Source: Sphyrna mokarran (Eukaryota). From it: a stretch of 64,000 nt of DNA. The number at the start of each line of letters is the position of its first letter. Position 1 is the stretch's first letter. The notes under the pieces are model-generated. The model had not been told where the DNA came from, made no database searches, and saw nothing but the letters and a program-made list of their open reading frames with translations. The stretch lies in the NCBI GenBank assembly GCA_024679065.1, contig JAGIQG010000006.1, positions 72,478,001-72,542,000 of the forward strand, written 5' to 3'. A program made the translations under genes and the position numbers. Below are positions 13,899-26,400 of this stretch, one piece after another.

Positions 13899-14896
13899 GG
13901 GAGCAATTCTCCCTGAAAAGTTCTAAGTGCTGGATTCAATGGAAAACTGGTGTAAATCACAATTGTTTTTTCAATGTGACTTCAGAAAAGAATCCCCCCA
14001 CACTCAGTGCAATGCAGAGGTCACAATTGTGAATATCATTAAAATCTGGAAGGGTGGTGGGAGGGGTTATTCACACTTAATCACTGGCCAGTCTGGGACC
14101 CACGCACTCTGCCTCTCCTGTCCTCCCCACAGTCCAATCATAACCCCCATGACCATTCCTGAGCCAGTCCGAACTCCTCTTATCCAGCAGCGCTCTGATT
14201 TCCACCACCCCTGTCAGCAGTGATAATCTTCCCCCCACCCTAACAGACCCCCCTTCAAAAGAGGCAGACCCCCCCCCCCCCCCCCAGCAGACCACCCCCC
14301 AAACCGCCCCCAATCACTAGCCTCCCTCCAGCCAGAATGATCCCAATGGCAGAGTGGCAGTAGGACCCCTCACCCCTCAATGATCATCACTAAGCCCCAC
14401 CCACTAGGCCCTGCCCTCTAGCCCTGTCCTCTTGGCACTGCCAATGCCTGGTGGGCACTGCCAAGGTGTCCCGGGCATAGGAACTTTGCCCCTTGGGCCG
14501 TGGTGGGTGTAAAGGCTGGCAGTGCCACGGTGCCTATGCCCAGGGGCTACCAACTCCCTATTACCCAACTCCCTGCGTGGGCCTAATTTCCCCCTTCACT
14601 TCAGCAGTGTCTCCCACTGGTTTCCCAAAAGTGGAGTGCTAGTTTGAACTCGCTGGAGTGAAATTGCACTGACGGGGGCGGGAGATGCTATTGAGCCTGA
14701 AGACTTCAGTCGCAGGCCCGATAATGACACTGAAATATCATTAAAATGACTTACCTGCTGATCTGACTGATTTCCAGCCTGGTCCTGACCATTCCCTGAC
14801 CATATGTCGGGAATGCATGCGCGAATTGGCCCAAACACGATTCTCCCAGTCCGACACATTAAAGAATTAGCGTGACGGGGTGGGAGAATCGCCCCC
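13899..14896. mobile_element. PIF/Harbinger-type MITE (about 1.0 kb)
   Basis: 15-bp TIRs gggagcaattctccc and gggagaatcgccccc (13/15); flanks tct/tcc; GC-rich interior with a C17 run. Confidence 0.8.
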
Positions 14897-15889
14897 TCCG
14901 ATTCTGGGGCTGAGTTTTGGTTGGGCAATAGTATTTGCAAATTCTGACTTTGTTTTAATTGCATTCTGTTAAACATTTAAGTAAAAAATAAATTTGATTG
15001 CAAATCCTGAGCATTTTATTGCACATCAGTCCTGCCAATTCTTTCTCCCTGCAAAGCGCAGATTTGTGTGAACTGGCTCACTGTTGTTGCCACTTCTTCA
15101 AATGCTGCATTTACATTACAGCTCTGCTGACAAAGGCAATCGCAATGCTAGAATATAAATGAAAGGGTGCTCAGTAGCTGTTGAAACAGAGAACCAAGAC
15201 TGAAGGCAACTTTTACCTATATTGCAGGTGGAGGAGCAGAAGTAAAAGGCCAGCACTGGGTGAAATGGAAGATATTCAACAAGAAATGTCTTTAATATTA
15301 GCAAAATAATTCTTTGTGAATTCATATGAAATTTAGTTTCGCACACTTCTTTTCGGGATATTTAAATTAAAAGGTTGAAGTCTCTCTCAAAATAGTAGAC
15401 AAGTGAGTGTCATTAAAATTCATTGGGCTAAAAATTGTTTGTTTTCACTTTTTTGCAAAATTATATTTTATTCAGAAAATATCTGAAAAAAAGTTACAAA
15501 ACATTTCAAGTTGTCGTAACAGGAAAGTGCAATGATATTTATGTTTTCTCCAGAGATCAAGATGCACTTTGAGGTGCTTCAATTCAGTAATGGGAACATT
15601 ACAAACATTTCAATATTTTAATTAGAGGGTATAACTCTAATCAATTATATACTTCGGTCATGTTGCACTCTGAGGTGCTTCAATACAGTTACACACAGTT
15701 AGGATTAAGCACTCAGTCTGAGGGATTTTACACAGTTACTAGCCCATTGGTCTACATTAGCTGAAAGGCCTTACATTAAGGCCTTTCATCTACATGGAAA
15801 ATGAGCTGCAGCAATGAACAGTGTTTCAGGGCTCAATGGCCATAGTGAGTATAAGATTTACACTGATTCATGGATCAACCCTCATTAAC

Positions 15890-16097
15890 ATTTATCCGGA
15901 CATTTGACCATGTACTCACTTGTTCATCAAGGCATCTCTATAACAATGGCCACCTCAGTTCATCTGCTGTTGAAACCCTCAGCAATGCTTTTGCTACTTC
16001 TTAACTTGACTATCCCTATGCTCTCCTGGTTGGTCTTGCATTTTCCATTATCAGAAACATGAATTCATCCAAAACTCTTCTGGCCATATTCTAGCTA
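15890..16097 (+). mobile_element. L2 LINE ORF2 C-terminal fragment
   Basis: SSAVETLSNAFATS*LDYPYALLVGL...IQNSSGHIL resembles the L2 motif AETLIHAFVTSRLDY.NALLAGLP...QNSAARIL. Confidence 0.75.
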
Positions 16098-16287
16098 TGA
16101 CGCGGAGATGCCGGTGTTGGACTGAGGTAAAACACAAAGAAATCCCACAACACCAGTTTAAAGTCCAACAGGTTTATTTCCACACACCTGACGTCGGAAC
16201 ACCATTTCCGAAAGCTTGTGAGATTACTATCAAATAAAGTGGTTAGACTCTAACCTGGTATTGTGAGACTTCTTACCACATCTCCAC
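16098..16287. mobile_element. Fold-back Penelope pLTR mini-element with a hammerhead core at 16185-16220 (+)
   Basis: Left arm is the reverse complement of the right arm (cacaacaccagtttaaagtccaacaggtttattt vs aaataaagtggttagactctaacctggtattgtg); centre cac-CTGACGT-c-ggaa/ttcc-GAAA-gc-TT-gtg. Confidence 0.8.
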
Positions 16288-16443
16288 TACCCCATGCATT
16301 TTACCATGGTTAATCCACTAATCTATGCATTTTTGGACTGTGGGAGTACCTGGAGTAAACCCACACAGACAAGGAAAGAACATGCAATCTCCACACAGTC
16401 ACAGTTTGCTGAAAGCAAACCTGGGTTCCTGGCACTGCGAAGC
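16288..16443 (-). mobile_element. HE1/V-SINE fragment
   Basis: ttggactgtgggag...aacccacacagac...tgcaatctccacacag is the reverse complement of the V-SINE core. Confidence 0.85.
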
Positions 16444-17507
16444 ATTTTGGTGTTTGAAATTGGAACCCTCTTAGATTGTATACAAACTGGGCATGCTAAC
16501 TGGGCCCATAGAGTAGGTCAATATTTTATGGTTAATGTTTTGATATACACATTATTGGAGAACAAATACAATCAAAGCAACATTCTGGAAGCCAGCATCC
16601 GGAGTAATAAATTATCACATTTAATTAAATATACATGAGACATTTTTTTCAATGCTCTCACAAGGTTTGAATTCTGCTAGCGGAAGAATGCAGAAAAAAG
16701 AAGAGACGGACACACGGTGATTAACAGCATGCATGTTGTAGAATTACCTCATTGTAGTGCCATCATTCAATCATTAGCCATTCAATTTCCAACGGAATTC
16801 ACAACATGAATTAGCTTTAAATATTCACATGCGAATTATCTGAAAGCCATTTTTTTCAAAGTTCATTAAACATGTAGAAAGATTAGTATGCAAAGTGAAG
16901 GTTTTAAACAACGTGTCTGATCCCATTAAAATGTTCTCTAAGCAACATTTTTGTCTGTGGTTAGTCAGGAGGATGCTAATTATGCAGAGCAGAAGTTCTA
17001 CAACAAACAGTCAGTCTTCCAATATTCAGTGCGAATTCTGTAAAGCCTTTGTACTTGACAAAGCAAGATCCTGACACTAGCTGAATGCTGCTGCTAATGT
17101 TAATTCAATTCACTGTCAGGGGGGAAGCCCAAGTGCAAATGTCAGCCAAGGTTAGGACTTGAAAGTAGCTTGCTTGTGCCCTTGTTATACTAACCTGCTC
17201 AGCATGATAGAAACACATCAAATAATTTCACTTCCAGATTCATTTCAATGACTAAAAAGCAGGTCTTCCCAGCAGTTAGATTTAGAAAATCCAGCAGCTT
17301 CACACTAAGGTTGCCATCTCATTCATTAGATTGGCTCGTCAGAAACTGGCAGTGAAACTGTCCATTAACACCAATGTAAAATTACATGTCTTTCTTCTGC
17401 CACATTGCTGCACCGCAGAAGTTTTCCTTTTGCCAGGCTTTCCATCCATCCGTCTTCCTCCACCATTCTGCTGCAAGTTCTTTTACCTGCTCCGGATATA
17501 TCTTTGT

Positions 17508-17863
17508 TTTGATTTGATTTATTATTGTCACATGTTCGTATACAGTGAAAAGTATTGTTTCTTGCATGCTCTACAGACAAGGCATACCGTTAATAGACAG
17601 AAAAAGAAGAGAATGCAGAATGTAGTGTTACAGGCATAGCTGGGGTGCAGAGAAAGATCAGCTTAATGTGAAGTAGGTCCACTCAAAAGTCTGATAGCTG
17701 ACTTTTATACCTTTTTTCCTACTGAAGAAGATGGAAGAGAGAATGTCAGAGGTGCGTCGGGTCCTTGATTATACTGGCTGCTTTTCCAAGCAGGGAATGT
17801 AGACATTGTCAATGGATGGGAGGTTGGTTTGCATGAAGGACTGAGCTTTATTCACGACTCTTT
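17508..17863 (-). mobile_element. Rex1/Babar LINE 3' end
   Basis: Minus-strand PSIDNVY...KAASIIKDPTH...KRYKS motif and (atcaa)n tail (ttgatttgattt on +). Confidence 0.7.
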
Positions 17864-17869
17864 CTATGG

Positions 17870-18790
17870 ACCCCTTCCATACTTAATCACTTGATTTTCC
17901 TCACACATTAAACCTTTGTCAATTACTCTCTCCTGCACCCCACATTATCATAGACTTTTGTTCTTTTACTGCACTCCTTTCCTTTGTGTTTGACACTGTC
18001 TTTGAAACTGTTCCTTCACTAATCTCTTCCAGTTCTATTTTAAAGCCACTGACCTGAAACTTTGGCCTTGATGTGACACCTCTGCACCCCCTCCCTCCAA
18101 CTTCAAAGTAAGAAATGCAGCACTTAACTGACACATGCCTGTCACCACTTTTATTGTGGCCTGTTACAAACATCCTGTGTTAATGCTTTGCCTTGGAGAG
18201 GCAAAATACTTAATTAAAATATTTAAGTCAAGTTCCTGTGGTTCAGTTGCGATATTGTTTTAAATTTAACTGCAGTTGATCAATTTCCCCATGACTGGGA
18301 AAACCTAACATAGAGATATGAGCTACAAAATGTCCAAGCTTTTCACAGCACTCCTTGTGGACCAGGAGGAACAGGACTGCTGCCCTTATTCCCCACCACC
18401 TCACCTCCCTCCTTCCCCCAACTCCCAGGATCAATTCTTCAAGAAAGATTCCAATCTCTCTTCTATAGATTGCAGCTCCTGTGGTGATTGTTGACTCAAC
18501 CAGCCTGCCCCACTAAGACCCCACTTGTATCTCACAATCTCTTCATGATTATCCTGAAGAGTCTTTGGCTGGGTCCTCCTACTGCTCATTTCCCTGCCAA
18601 GATGCTGGTGATTTAGCCAAACACTGGCTGGGAAAAGGGAGACAAGATTAGAATGAGGTTCTGCCGCCTTATCAGGATTCCCCTGTTCTCCAACACCCAC
18701 CCTAACTCCCTTGCAAATGCTGAGGACCTTAACTCAGTATCCCTCTCCACAGGTTGTTGAGTGTTTCCAGCTTTTTTTGATTTTGTTTTT
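17870..18790 (+). mobile_element. Decayed Penelope-like 3' end, split by an insertion at about 18065-18720
   Basis: ccagttct...gacctgaaac (18028-18060) resumes as ttaactc...ctctccacag...gagtgtttccagc (18729-18772); same family as 44352-44455. Confidence 0.5.
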
Positions 18791-19364
18791 AAAAGCTGAG
18801 CAATTTTCTGATTTAATGAAATTATTTACTAATTATTTTAAATGGATGAACAACGCTGTTGAAATGAATACAAATGCATTAACCATTGTGCTAAAAATAA
18901 TAAAACGAAGAATTTCAGCTTTGTTGGGTGTATTTTCTGGCTGCTGAGATTGGATTGTTTGTTCAAGCTCAAGACAATTGCACTCAGAAACTCTTTTGCC
19001 AGATCCACACTCCATTATCCAGCACCAACACTCAATCTATTTAAACCAGTCTAGAGTGTTCTCATTTAAATATTAACATCTATTTTAAAAAACATAAATA
19101 GCCCGAGTGCAATTTCTTGTTCATTTAAAATGGATTGTATTGTGCAATCTGTTCACCCATCAAGGGTGGTTAAAAAATTATTCTCAGCTTGTAATGAAGC
19201 TCTGAAATAGCCAGCCTACTCTTTCATATTTATCTTTTTTGGGATATACTGCCACTGTTCCCAGGATCATACTGTATTGTACATAGAAATTACTTTTAAT
19301 GCGAGCTAATTTCCCAAATGTGCAATCATTGTAGTTTCCATTATGATATTGTGCGTTTACTCGG

Positions 19365-20107
19365 GACATAGGATTTAGCAATAGATTTGGATCATTCAGC
19401 CCTTCAGGTAAGATAAGATAATAGTGAAGTCTCAACCTCACTTTTCTGTTTGCCCCCCACCCCTGCCATAACCCTTGACTCACTTGCCTATCAAAAATCT
19501 ACTTCAGCCTTCAATAAATTTGGTGATCCAGCTTACACTGTTTTCTGAGGAACAGAAAGTAGACTGATGACCCTCTTAGTGAAGAAAAATGTTGCCTCAT
19601 CTCTACCTTATAAACCTTGCCCCATAACTCTCACCTCCCCCACAAGAGGAAATGTGCTCCTGGTATCTTAAAATGTAGAAACATTGAAACTAGAAACAGA
19701 AGTAGGCCATTTGACCCTTTTGAGTATTCATCTTGAACATGGCTGACTATCGAATTTAACATCTTGATCCCCTCATCCTCCCATATCCCTTAATCCTTTT
19801 AGCCCCAAGAATATATCTAATTTCTTGTTGAAATCAGACAACATTTTGGCCTCAACTACTTTCCGTGGTAGTGAATTGTACACATCTACCATCCTCTGGG
19901 TGAAGAAATTTCTCCTCACTTCAGTTTTAAAAGGTTTACCTCTTACCCTCAAACTGTGACCCCGGGTTCTAGAATTGGGAACATTCTTTCTGAATCTACC
20001 TGTCTAACCATATTAGAATTTCTATAGGATCCCCTCTCACTCTTCTAAACTACAGTAAATATATTCCTAACCAACTTAGTCTTTCCTTGTATGACAAACC
20101 TATGCCT
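19365..20107 (-). mobile_element. Two adjacent truncated CR1 3' ends (19365-19668 and 19673-20107)
   Basis: Two tail signatures (acataggatttagc...cattcagccc; tagaaacattgaaactagaaacagaagtaggccatt) plus gtgaagaaatttctcctc ORF2-end motifs. Confidence 0.8.
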
Positions 20108-20109
20108 AT

Positions 20110-20778
20110 CATTTAGAGCAGAGATCGATGCTTGCGCAGTAGCCCCGAATTGCTGGTATTCTGATCGTGGCCAGCCCAGGGTCTCCCATTGCTGCCTCTC
20201 TGACCCCCTCTGATCCCTTACCTTCCGGCAGTCTGACCACCCCCAAACCCCCGCGTCAGCAGCCCAACCACCCTCCTCGTTAACCAGCTCTGACCACCGT
20301 CCTTCCTCCCTCTACCACCAATCCCGAATGCAGAGTGGCAATGGGACCCCTTCACCCCTCACCCCCATTGATCGCCCCCGCTATAGGCTCTGACCCCTCT
20401 GACCCCACCCTCTTGGCACTGCCAAAAAGGTGCCCCTTGGGCATTGTCAGTTTGCCCCCTGGAACTGCCCAGTGGGCACCCCCCTTACCCGAGACCTCCT
20501 GGAGAGTTTCGAATGGCCTCTGTTCCGTCCTGTGGGTCTGCCAAATGTTCCCCGTTAGTGGGGAGCAGTAATAAACTCTGCTGGAGTGATCCACTCCTGT
20601 GGGGAAGACATACTCGCGGGCATTGATTTCCAGCATGGAGCTGATTATTCTGAAAAGCTGGGAGTCGGACCTGCAGAGACCATGGCCCCCAGTGGGAAAC
20701 CCGCGAAATGGCCTCCACTGATGTCTCCCAACCCATTGCGCTGTTAGAGCAGCACAGCGAGCTGGGAGAATCACCTCC
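20110..20778. mobile_element. Harbinger-type MITE, left end lost
   Basis: Right TIR gggagaatcacctcc (20764-20778); interior gcagagtggca..ggacccc...ggcactgcc shared with 14350-14470. Confidence 0.75.
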
Positions 20779-20789
20779 TATTCTTTTAA

Positions 20790-20912
20790 ATTCCTGATTT
20801 TTATTCAAATTTCACAGTCTGCCATGGTGGGATTCAAACTGAGATCCCTAGAGTGTGACCCTAAGTCTCTGAAATACTAATTCAGTGACAAAGTACGTTA
20901 CCACTATCTCCC
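20790..20912 (-). mobile_element. tRNA-derived SINE head fragment
   Basis: tgccatggtgggattcaaac (reverse-complement B-box) is identical to the motif at about 55102-55121. Confidence 0.65.
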
Positions 20913-21060
20913 TACTACTGGTATATTGGCTTTCATCCACTGACTTTACACATGTGTTACATGCCTCTGATGTGCCCGATTTTGAATCGATGGACTATGT
21001 GACTGTCAGATGTGATGCTGGGTCCTCAGACATCTCTTCATCTTCTTTGTGCCCTGGAGG

Positions 21061-21140
21061 TCACCAGAAGAAGGAGCGACACTGTGAAAGCTCGTGCTGC
21101 CAAATAAACCTATTGGACTTGGTGTTGTGAGACTTCTTAC
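21061..21140 (+). mobile_element. Solo Penelope pLTR fragment with a degenerate hammerhead core
   Basis: cac-cagaaga-aggagcgacactgt-gaaa-gc-tc-gtg followed by caaataaacctattggactt.ggtgttgtgagacttcttac. Confidence 0.75.
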
Positions 21141-21927
21141 AGGGTGAGGGAGAAGAGCTGGGATCTGTGGAAGGTAAAAAATTAGATATTTAGGTATTGA
21201 TTAATCCTCCCTCCATTGTACATTACCAGATGTAGACGAAATTCTTCTGATTACTCTGTATAAAGACACTTTCAAGATTACCTATCTGATTCATCTAATC
21301 TACATGTTGATTTAAATCTCCCATGATTTTTGCAGTACCATCCTTAACTCCTTTCATTTATTTTTCTTATATTCTCTGTGATACAGTGTAACTACTGTTA
21401 GGTGGCCTATAAACTACTTGCTGGAGTGACTTATCTTTCTTACCTTTCTTATTTTTTTATATTGTCATCAAATCTGATTCTAAAACTTGCTTTTTCAAAC
21501 TAAGGTCATATCTCACCCTGAACTAATATCATCCTTAATTAACTAGTGCTATCTCACCACATTTTCCTAACTTATATCTTCCTGAAATGTCACATAAATA
21601 ATTATGTCACGAATATCAGTGAGTTACAGATTCAATCCCCAAAGATGGAGTGGCTGCAGAGATGATGGAGAATCTGAGGATCTACATGTGTTTCATAATT
21701 CCCCTTGCTCCTTCCAGGCAGTTTTCACAAAGAACAGGGTGAAGACCATGAAACATTCCTGTAAGAGATGCATTTTTGCTTCACAAGTTCCTGGAAGCTT
21801 GCATTAAATTGTGCTAAAAATACAACTCACTATTAATCTCAAAATGGAGTAAAACTTAGGTTAAAAAAGATACAAATAAGAACAGAGTTTTAAAAAAATT
21901 CAACAGGTCTGGCTGCATCTAGAAGTC

Positions 21928-22278
21928 GGGTAGCACAGTAGCACAGTGGTTAACATTGCTGCCTTGCACATTAGGGACCCAGATTCAATTCCAGTCTTGG
22001 GTGACATACGGAGTTTGCCTGTTCTTCCTGTCTGCGTGGGTTTCCTCTGAATGCTCCGGTTTCCTTCCACAGTCTAAAGTTGTGCAGGTTAGTTCAATTG
22101 GCCATGCTAAATTGCCCTTTATTGTCCCAAGATGCGTAGATATGGAGATTAGTGGGATAAATATATATGGTTACAGGGATAGTCCTTAGGTAAGATGTTC
22201 TGTCAATTGGTGCCCAGATCATAGAAACCCTACAGTACAGAAGGAGACTATTTGATCCATCAAGTCTACACTGGCTCA
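21928..22278 (+). mobile_element. HE1/V-SINE with an inverted 3' tail (22219-22278 on -)
   Basis: A-box agcacagtggttaa, B-box gattcaattcc, V core; then tcatagaaaccctacagtacagaagg..., the reverse-complement tail. Confidence 0.85.
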
Positions 22279-22609
22279 TATTGGAACTGCAACATTAACT
22301 CTGTTTCTTTCACTACAGATGTGTCAGACTTGCTGAACTTTTACGACACCTTCTGTTTTTGCATGCACAGCATTTTGTTTTTATTTAAATGAGATTGAAT
22401 TGCATTGAATTTTCCCCACCTATTCAAAACCTGCCCAGGGTCATAATCAACGCTTCCCGACAATGCAGAGAGAGTGCTGCAATGTCAAAGGTAATGGTCA
22501 GAACATGCAACTTTTACGGAGTTGACTCAGTAAAAAGGAAGATCGAGTTGAATATAAAACAATCCGCGATTAGCCATCTTATACCCCTGACAAAATTGAA
22601 AATTTTAGT

Positions 22610-22840
22610 CAATGTTTTTTGGATAAGGTGAAATGTCTGCTTGTCTAGCTAACTTAATACAAGGAAGGATTAAAAAGTTTTCCTCATGTTGTAGCTAATA
22701 TTATGTCTACACCAAATCACGATAACTGGTCTTTTGTCTTGTTGTTTGTATGACTTTGCTGTATGCAAATTGGTTGCCATGTTTGCCTGAAAAACATGAT
22801 GATAATTTATTGTTTGTCATTCTGACAACATGAACGGTTC
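22610..22840 (+). mobile_element. Ancient DeuSINE (SacSINE1-like) remnant
   Basis: ttgttgtttgtatgactttgctgtatgcaaattggttgccatgttt resembles the recalled SacSINE1 consensus ttgctgtttgtgggagcttgctgtgcgcaaattggctgccgcgttt. Confidence 0.55.
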
Positions 22841-24018
22841 ACATGGTCCATAGCTACTTGGGTAGATGTTAGTGAGCCGTGAGTACCACAGCAAGGAAGC
22901 ATTCTCTTTGGGAGGAAGGGGAAAAGAACTAAATCTCTGTAAAGGTCATATTTTGCTTTGAAAAGAGATGTAAAATGGCTCCTTTGTGCTGAAATGGAGT
23001 GATTTAAACACTGACTTTTTCATCTCTGTATTACAAGAGTAATAGGATGCTTTGAAACACTTTCTGCCCTAAGTGAGCAGATTAAATGGATTCATATCCC
23101 TCTGAACTAGTTCCATATCTTCAGCATGGTCCTTAAAGCCTCTAGACAAAATAGATCTCTGAGTAAGAATGCACTGAATTTCAGTTTAAAGGGAAATCAT
23201 CTGATCAGAGAAATCTGTGTACAAAAACCCAACTAATATACTGGATATTGATTCAGTAATAAGTTTGCATTAAGTATGAATTTATATTAAACATTTTTAA
23301 AGCAAAGTTATAGTTTTAGAATCAGAACTGTTTATCAATGTGATGATATTCATTGATAGTACAATCATGTGCATTTTCTCTCTGTTGACCCAATCAGTTG
23401 CTTCCCTTTTTCTAGCCTACCTAAAGATTTATTCTCACGATGCTCCACACTCTGGAAATCATTACAAATCACAAACTCTATAGAAGTTTCATATGACCCG
23501 GCTTCAAGAACTTTATTTATATTTTGTACTTGTGATGTAGATATGATGATGTATTTAACTATAACACTAATACCAGCAGCAGCCCTATTTTTGATAACAA
23601 TGATGTAACAAGGGAATGGAGATGGATGACCATGACTTCTACCAGCAGAGAGAACTATCTTTTGCTACCTGAGACTGGTCTTGATTAGATCGAACATTTA
23701 ATTCTTATAACCTGCTGTCTTATTTTCACTCCCTGCTGCCGTGTATCACGACAGAGGGTACGAAATTGCATGTCAAAATTGCATGCCAAACAATGGGGTG
23801 GATCTTGACACAGTGCAATTGTATAAGTGATAATAAATCAATCTGATTGCAAAGTATGAGTGATAACCAGTGGCCTGATTTTTATTTCCGTTTAAGTCAG
23901 TTCACTATTCAGGTGTCATTTTACGATCACATTTTCACATGTTGCACAAAATATTCTATGTTATTTATATAGGATGAAAAATAATCCATGTGCCATTATC
24001 CATTATTTTTCACACTAA

Positions 24019-24851
24019 GGGAGCGATCTTACTTTCTCGTTCCACCAAGTCTGTAAGATTGTGAGAGAGCTGGGATATCAAGTTTGCACCTGACTTCTCA
24101 CCTCTCACAATCTTACTGGCACCATATATCCAGCAAGATCAGCTTTGTGTTAAAAAAGGATGCAAGGCTAATTGTAATATTTAAATCTAATGTAATATTC
24201 AAGTGTGCACGGGGCAGAATTGTTCATGCTCACTCTGCAGCTTTGCTGAATGTTCTCTCCGGCGAAGATCACGTATGATTCCCTTCAAGGGGAACCAGAT
24301 GTGATAAAGTCACCGATAGGATGGGAGGCTATTGTTTAACTGTTTAATAAGGCTCCCCTGGGAGGTTGGGGCAGAGGGGGTGCCCCTTGGGCAGTGCCAA
24401 AATGACGCTGTCAACTGGCACCCTAACATTGCCCACCAGGCATCTAGGCACTGAGAGCTTAGCATACTGGCAGTTCCCACCAGGTACCAGGTGGTGCCCA
24501 GAGGACAAAGCCTGAGAGGGAGATGCCTCTTTGGGGGACATATGGGAATGGGGTAGGCCAATCAGGGGGGGCTACAGCTATCACTCTGCAACAGTGATTG
24601 GGAATGGGAAGGTAACAAAGAAATCTCAGAACTCAGAGATCTGAGCATGCGCAACTGCCCCTTTTGCTTTCATCTGCTGGTTTTTGGGTGAGCTAGGCCC
24701 TGCCCACTTTCCTGGCTAGTAAAGTACAAGTTTGGCCTCATTTCTTTGACAGTCAGGTAAGATTTGATTTTTAACACACCCAAAAAAGGTGCAAATTTCT
24801 CTTGTTTTCATGCTTGTTTGGCACTTAGATTTATTTGATAAGATCACCCCC
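24019..24851. mobile_element. Complete PIF/Harbinger MITE (833 bp) with TAA TSD
   Basis: taa|gggagcgatcttac ... ataagatcaccccc|taa (TIR 11/14); subterminal gcacttag is the reverse complement of ctaagtgc in the 13899 copy, so opposite orientation. Confidence 0.9.
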
Positions 24852-25924
24852 TAAGTTTCTAGTACAGGACATTAACTTTGTGCAACATGTGAAAATGGAG
24901 CTTTTTCATGAAGAGACAAAATCGCTGAGGAACTTAAGAAACTAGGGGTAGAAATAAATTTGGGTCAGTTTTCAAGCAGCACTGGCACTGTGTAGCAAAC
25001 ATGTGGTCCAACCAGCAGACCTGATGCCAGCCTGAAATTTTAGGCCTCATTTTAATAAATTGGTGATCCACTAGCACCTGCACAACTTAACTTTTCATCA
25101 GCAGCCCTTAATTATGTGCTGAAAATGGGAGAATGGGACATTTGTTAGATACCCAATTACAGCTTGTAACAAGATCTCTTAAAACATAGCAATGCAGCTC
25201 TTGTGAACTGATAGCATAGACATGTTGGACATGTAGCAACGAGGCAGAAGGACAACCTGACAAAATAAAACAAAACTTACTGTGAAATCTAACAGGAGCT
25301 AGTGGTTCATTCAGAGTCATTCAATGTTCTTAAAAGTCCACAAACACATGTCAGGCCTCCCATTAGAATATGCTTGCTCTGGGTGACCATCCCAGACTCC
25401 TGAGAATCATCCAAGGACAAAATGCTAAATCTCTCAGCTTTGTCCCTGTTTTCAGGATGGAAATGGGGATATGATAACCACTTTTGGCCCTATAATTTTT
25501 AAAATCACACAGTTGTGTCATGTAAATATTAAGCAAAAATATGCTGACCCAAGAATAGGCAAAATCTGCTAAGCAGTCTTTAAAGATATCCCCTGCCAAA
25601 GTATTCCTTAAGACTTACTTTGTTTTTGTTTTGAGAAGAGAAATGCTAGGAAGAAAAGAGAAGGAATTTGAAAGTGCAGCACCCAAAACAGTTACCTCAG
25701 AGTGTAAACATGTTCTTTTTTGTGTCAGGTCCCAGGAATGGCATTGGGAGGTCTCTTTCACATGGTAACAAGTCAGCTGAATTATATCTTTGCATTTTGT
25801 TGTATGTAAGAAACAGGTTTGCTGCAAATTATTTCATGCTACTTCTTCAAACATTTATATTTAATATTGTTCTGCACCTCTAACACCATGAAAATGTATA
25901 AAAAGTGCAAAGGAACTTCAAACC

Positions 25925-26400
25925 TAGAAAAATATGCACAGAAGTAGACCATACAACTGCTCCATCCTGTTCTATTAGATAGTGACTGATCATCACATCG
26001 ACTCCATTTACCAGCCTTTGATCCATACCCCTTGATACATTTACCTAATAAAAGTCTGTTGATTTAGGTCTCAATAATCTCAACTGACCCAACATTCACA
26101 GCCTTGTGGAGCGAATGTGCCAGCTTTCAACTAAACTAGGATCTTAAATTTAAAGAAAACCAATTATAGAGATATGAAAGGCAAGTTGACAGAGGTAGAT
26201 TTGGGAAATTAGATTAAAAAATATGACAGTGAATAAGAAATGCCAAATATTTAAAGAAATAATTCATAATTCTCAATCAATATACATTTCCCTGAAGAAT
26301 AAAAACTGGAAAAGTAGTACTACTGTGACTAACTAGAGTAGTTAAGGATAGCATTAAATGAAAAGCAGAAGCTTAGAGTGTTGTAAAAAATTGTAAAAAA
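25925..26400. mobile_element. Two CR1 fragments: 3' end (-, 25925-26130) and EN-RT linker (+, 26145-26400)
   Basis: cagaagtagaccat...ccatacccttgatac tail; NLKKTNYRDMKGKLTEVD-type linker. Confidence 0.65.
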
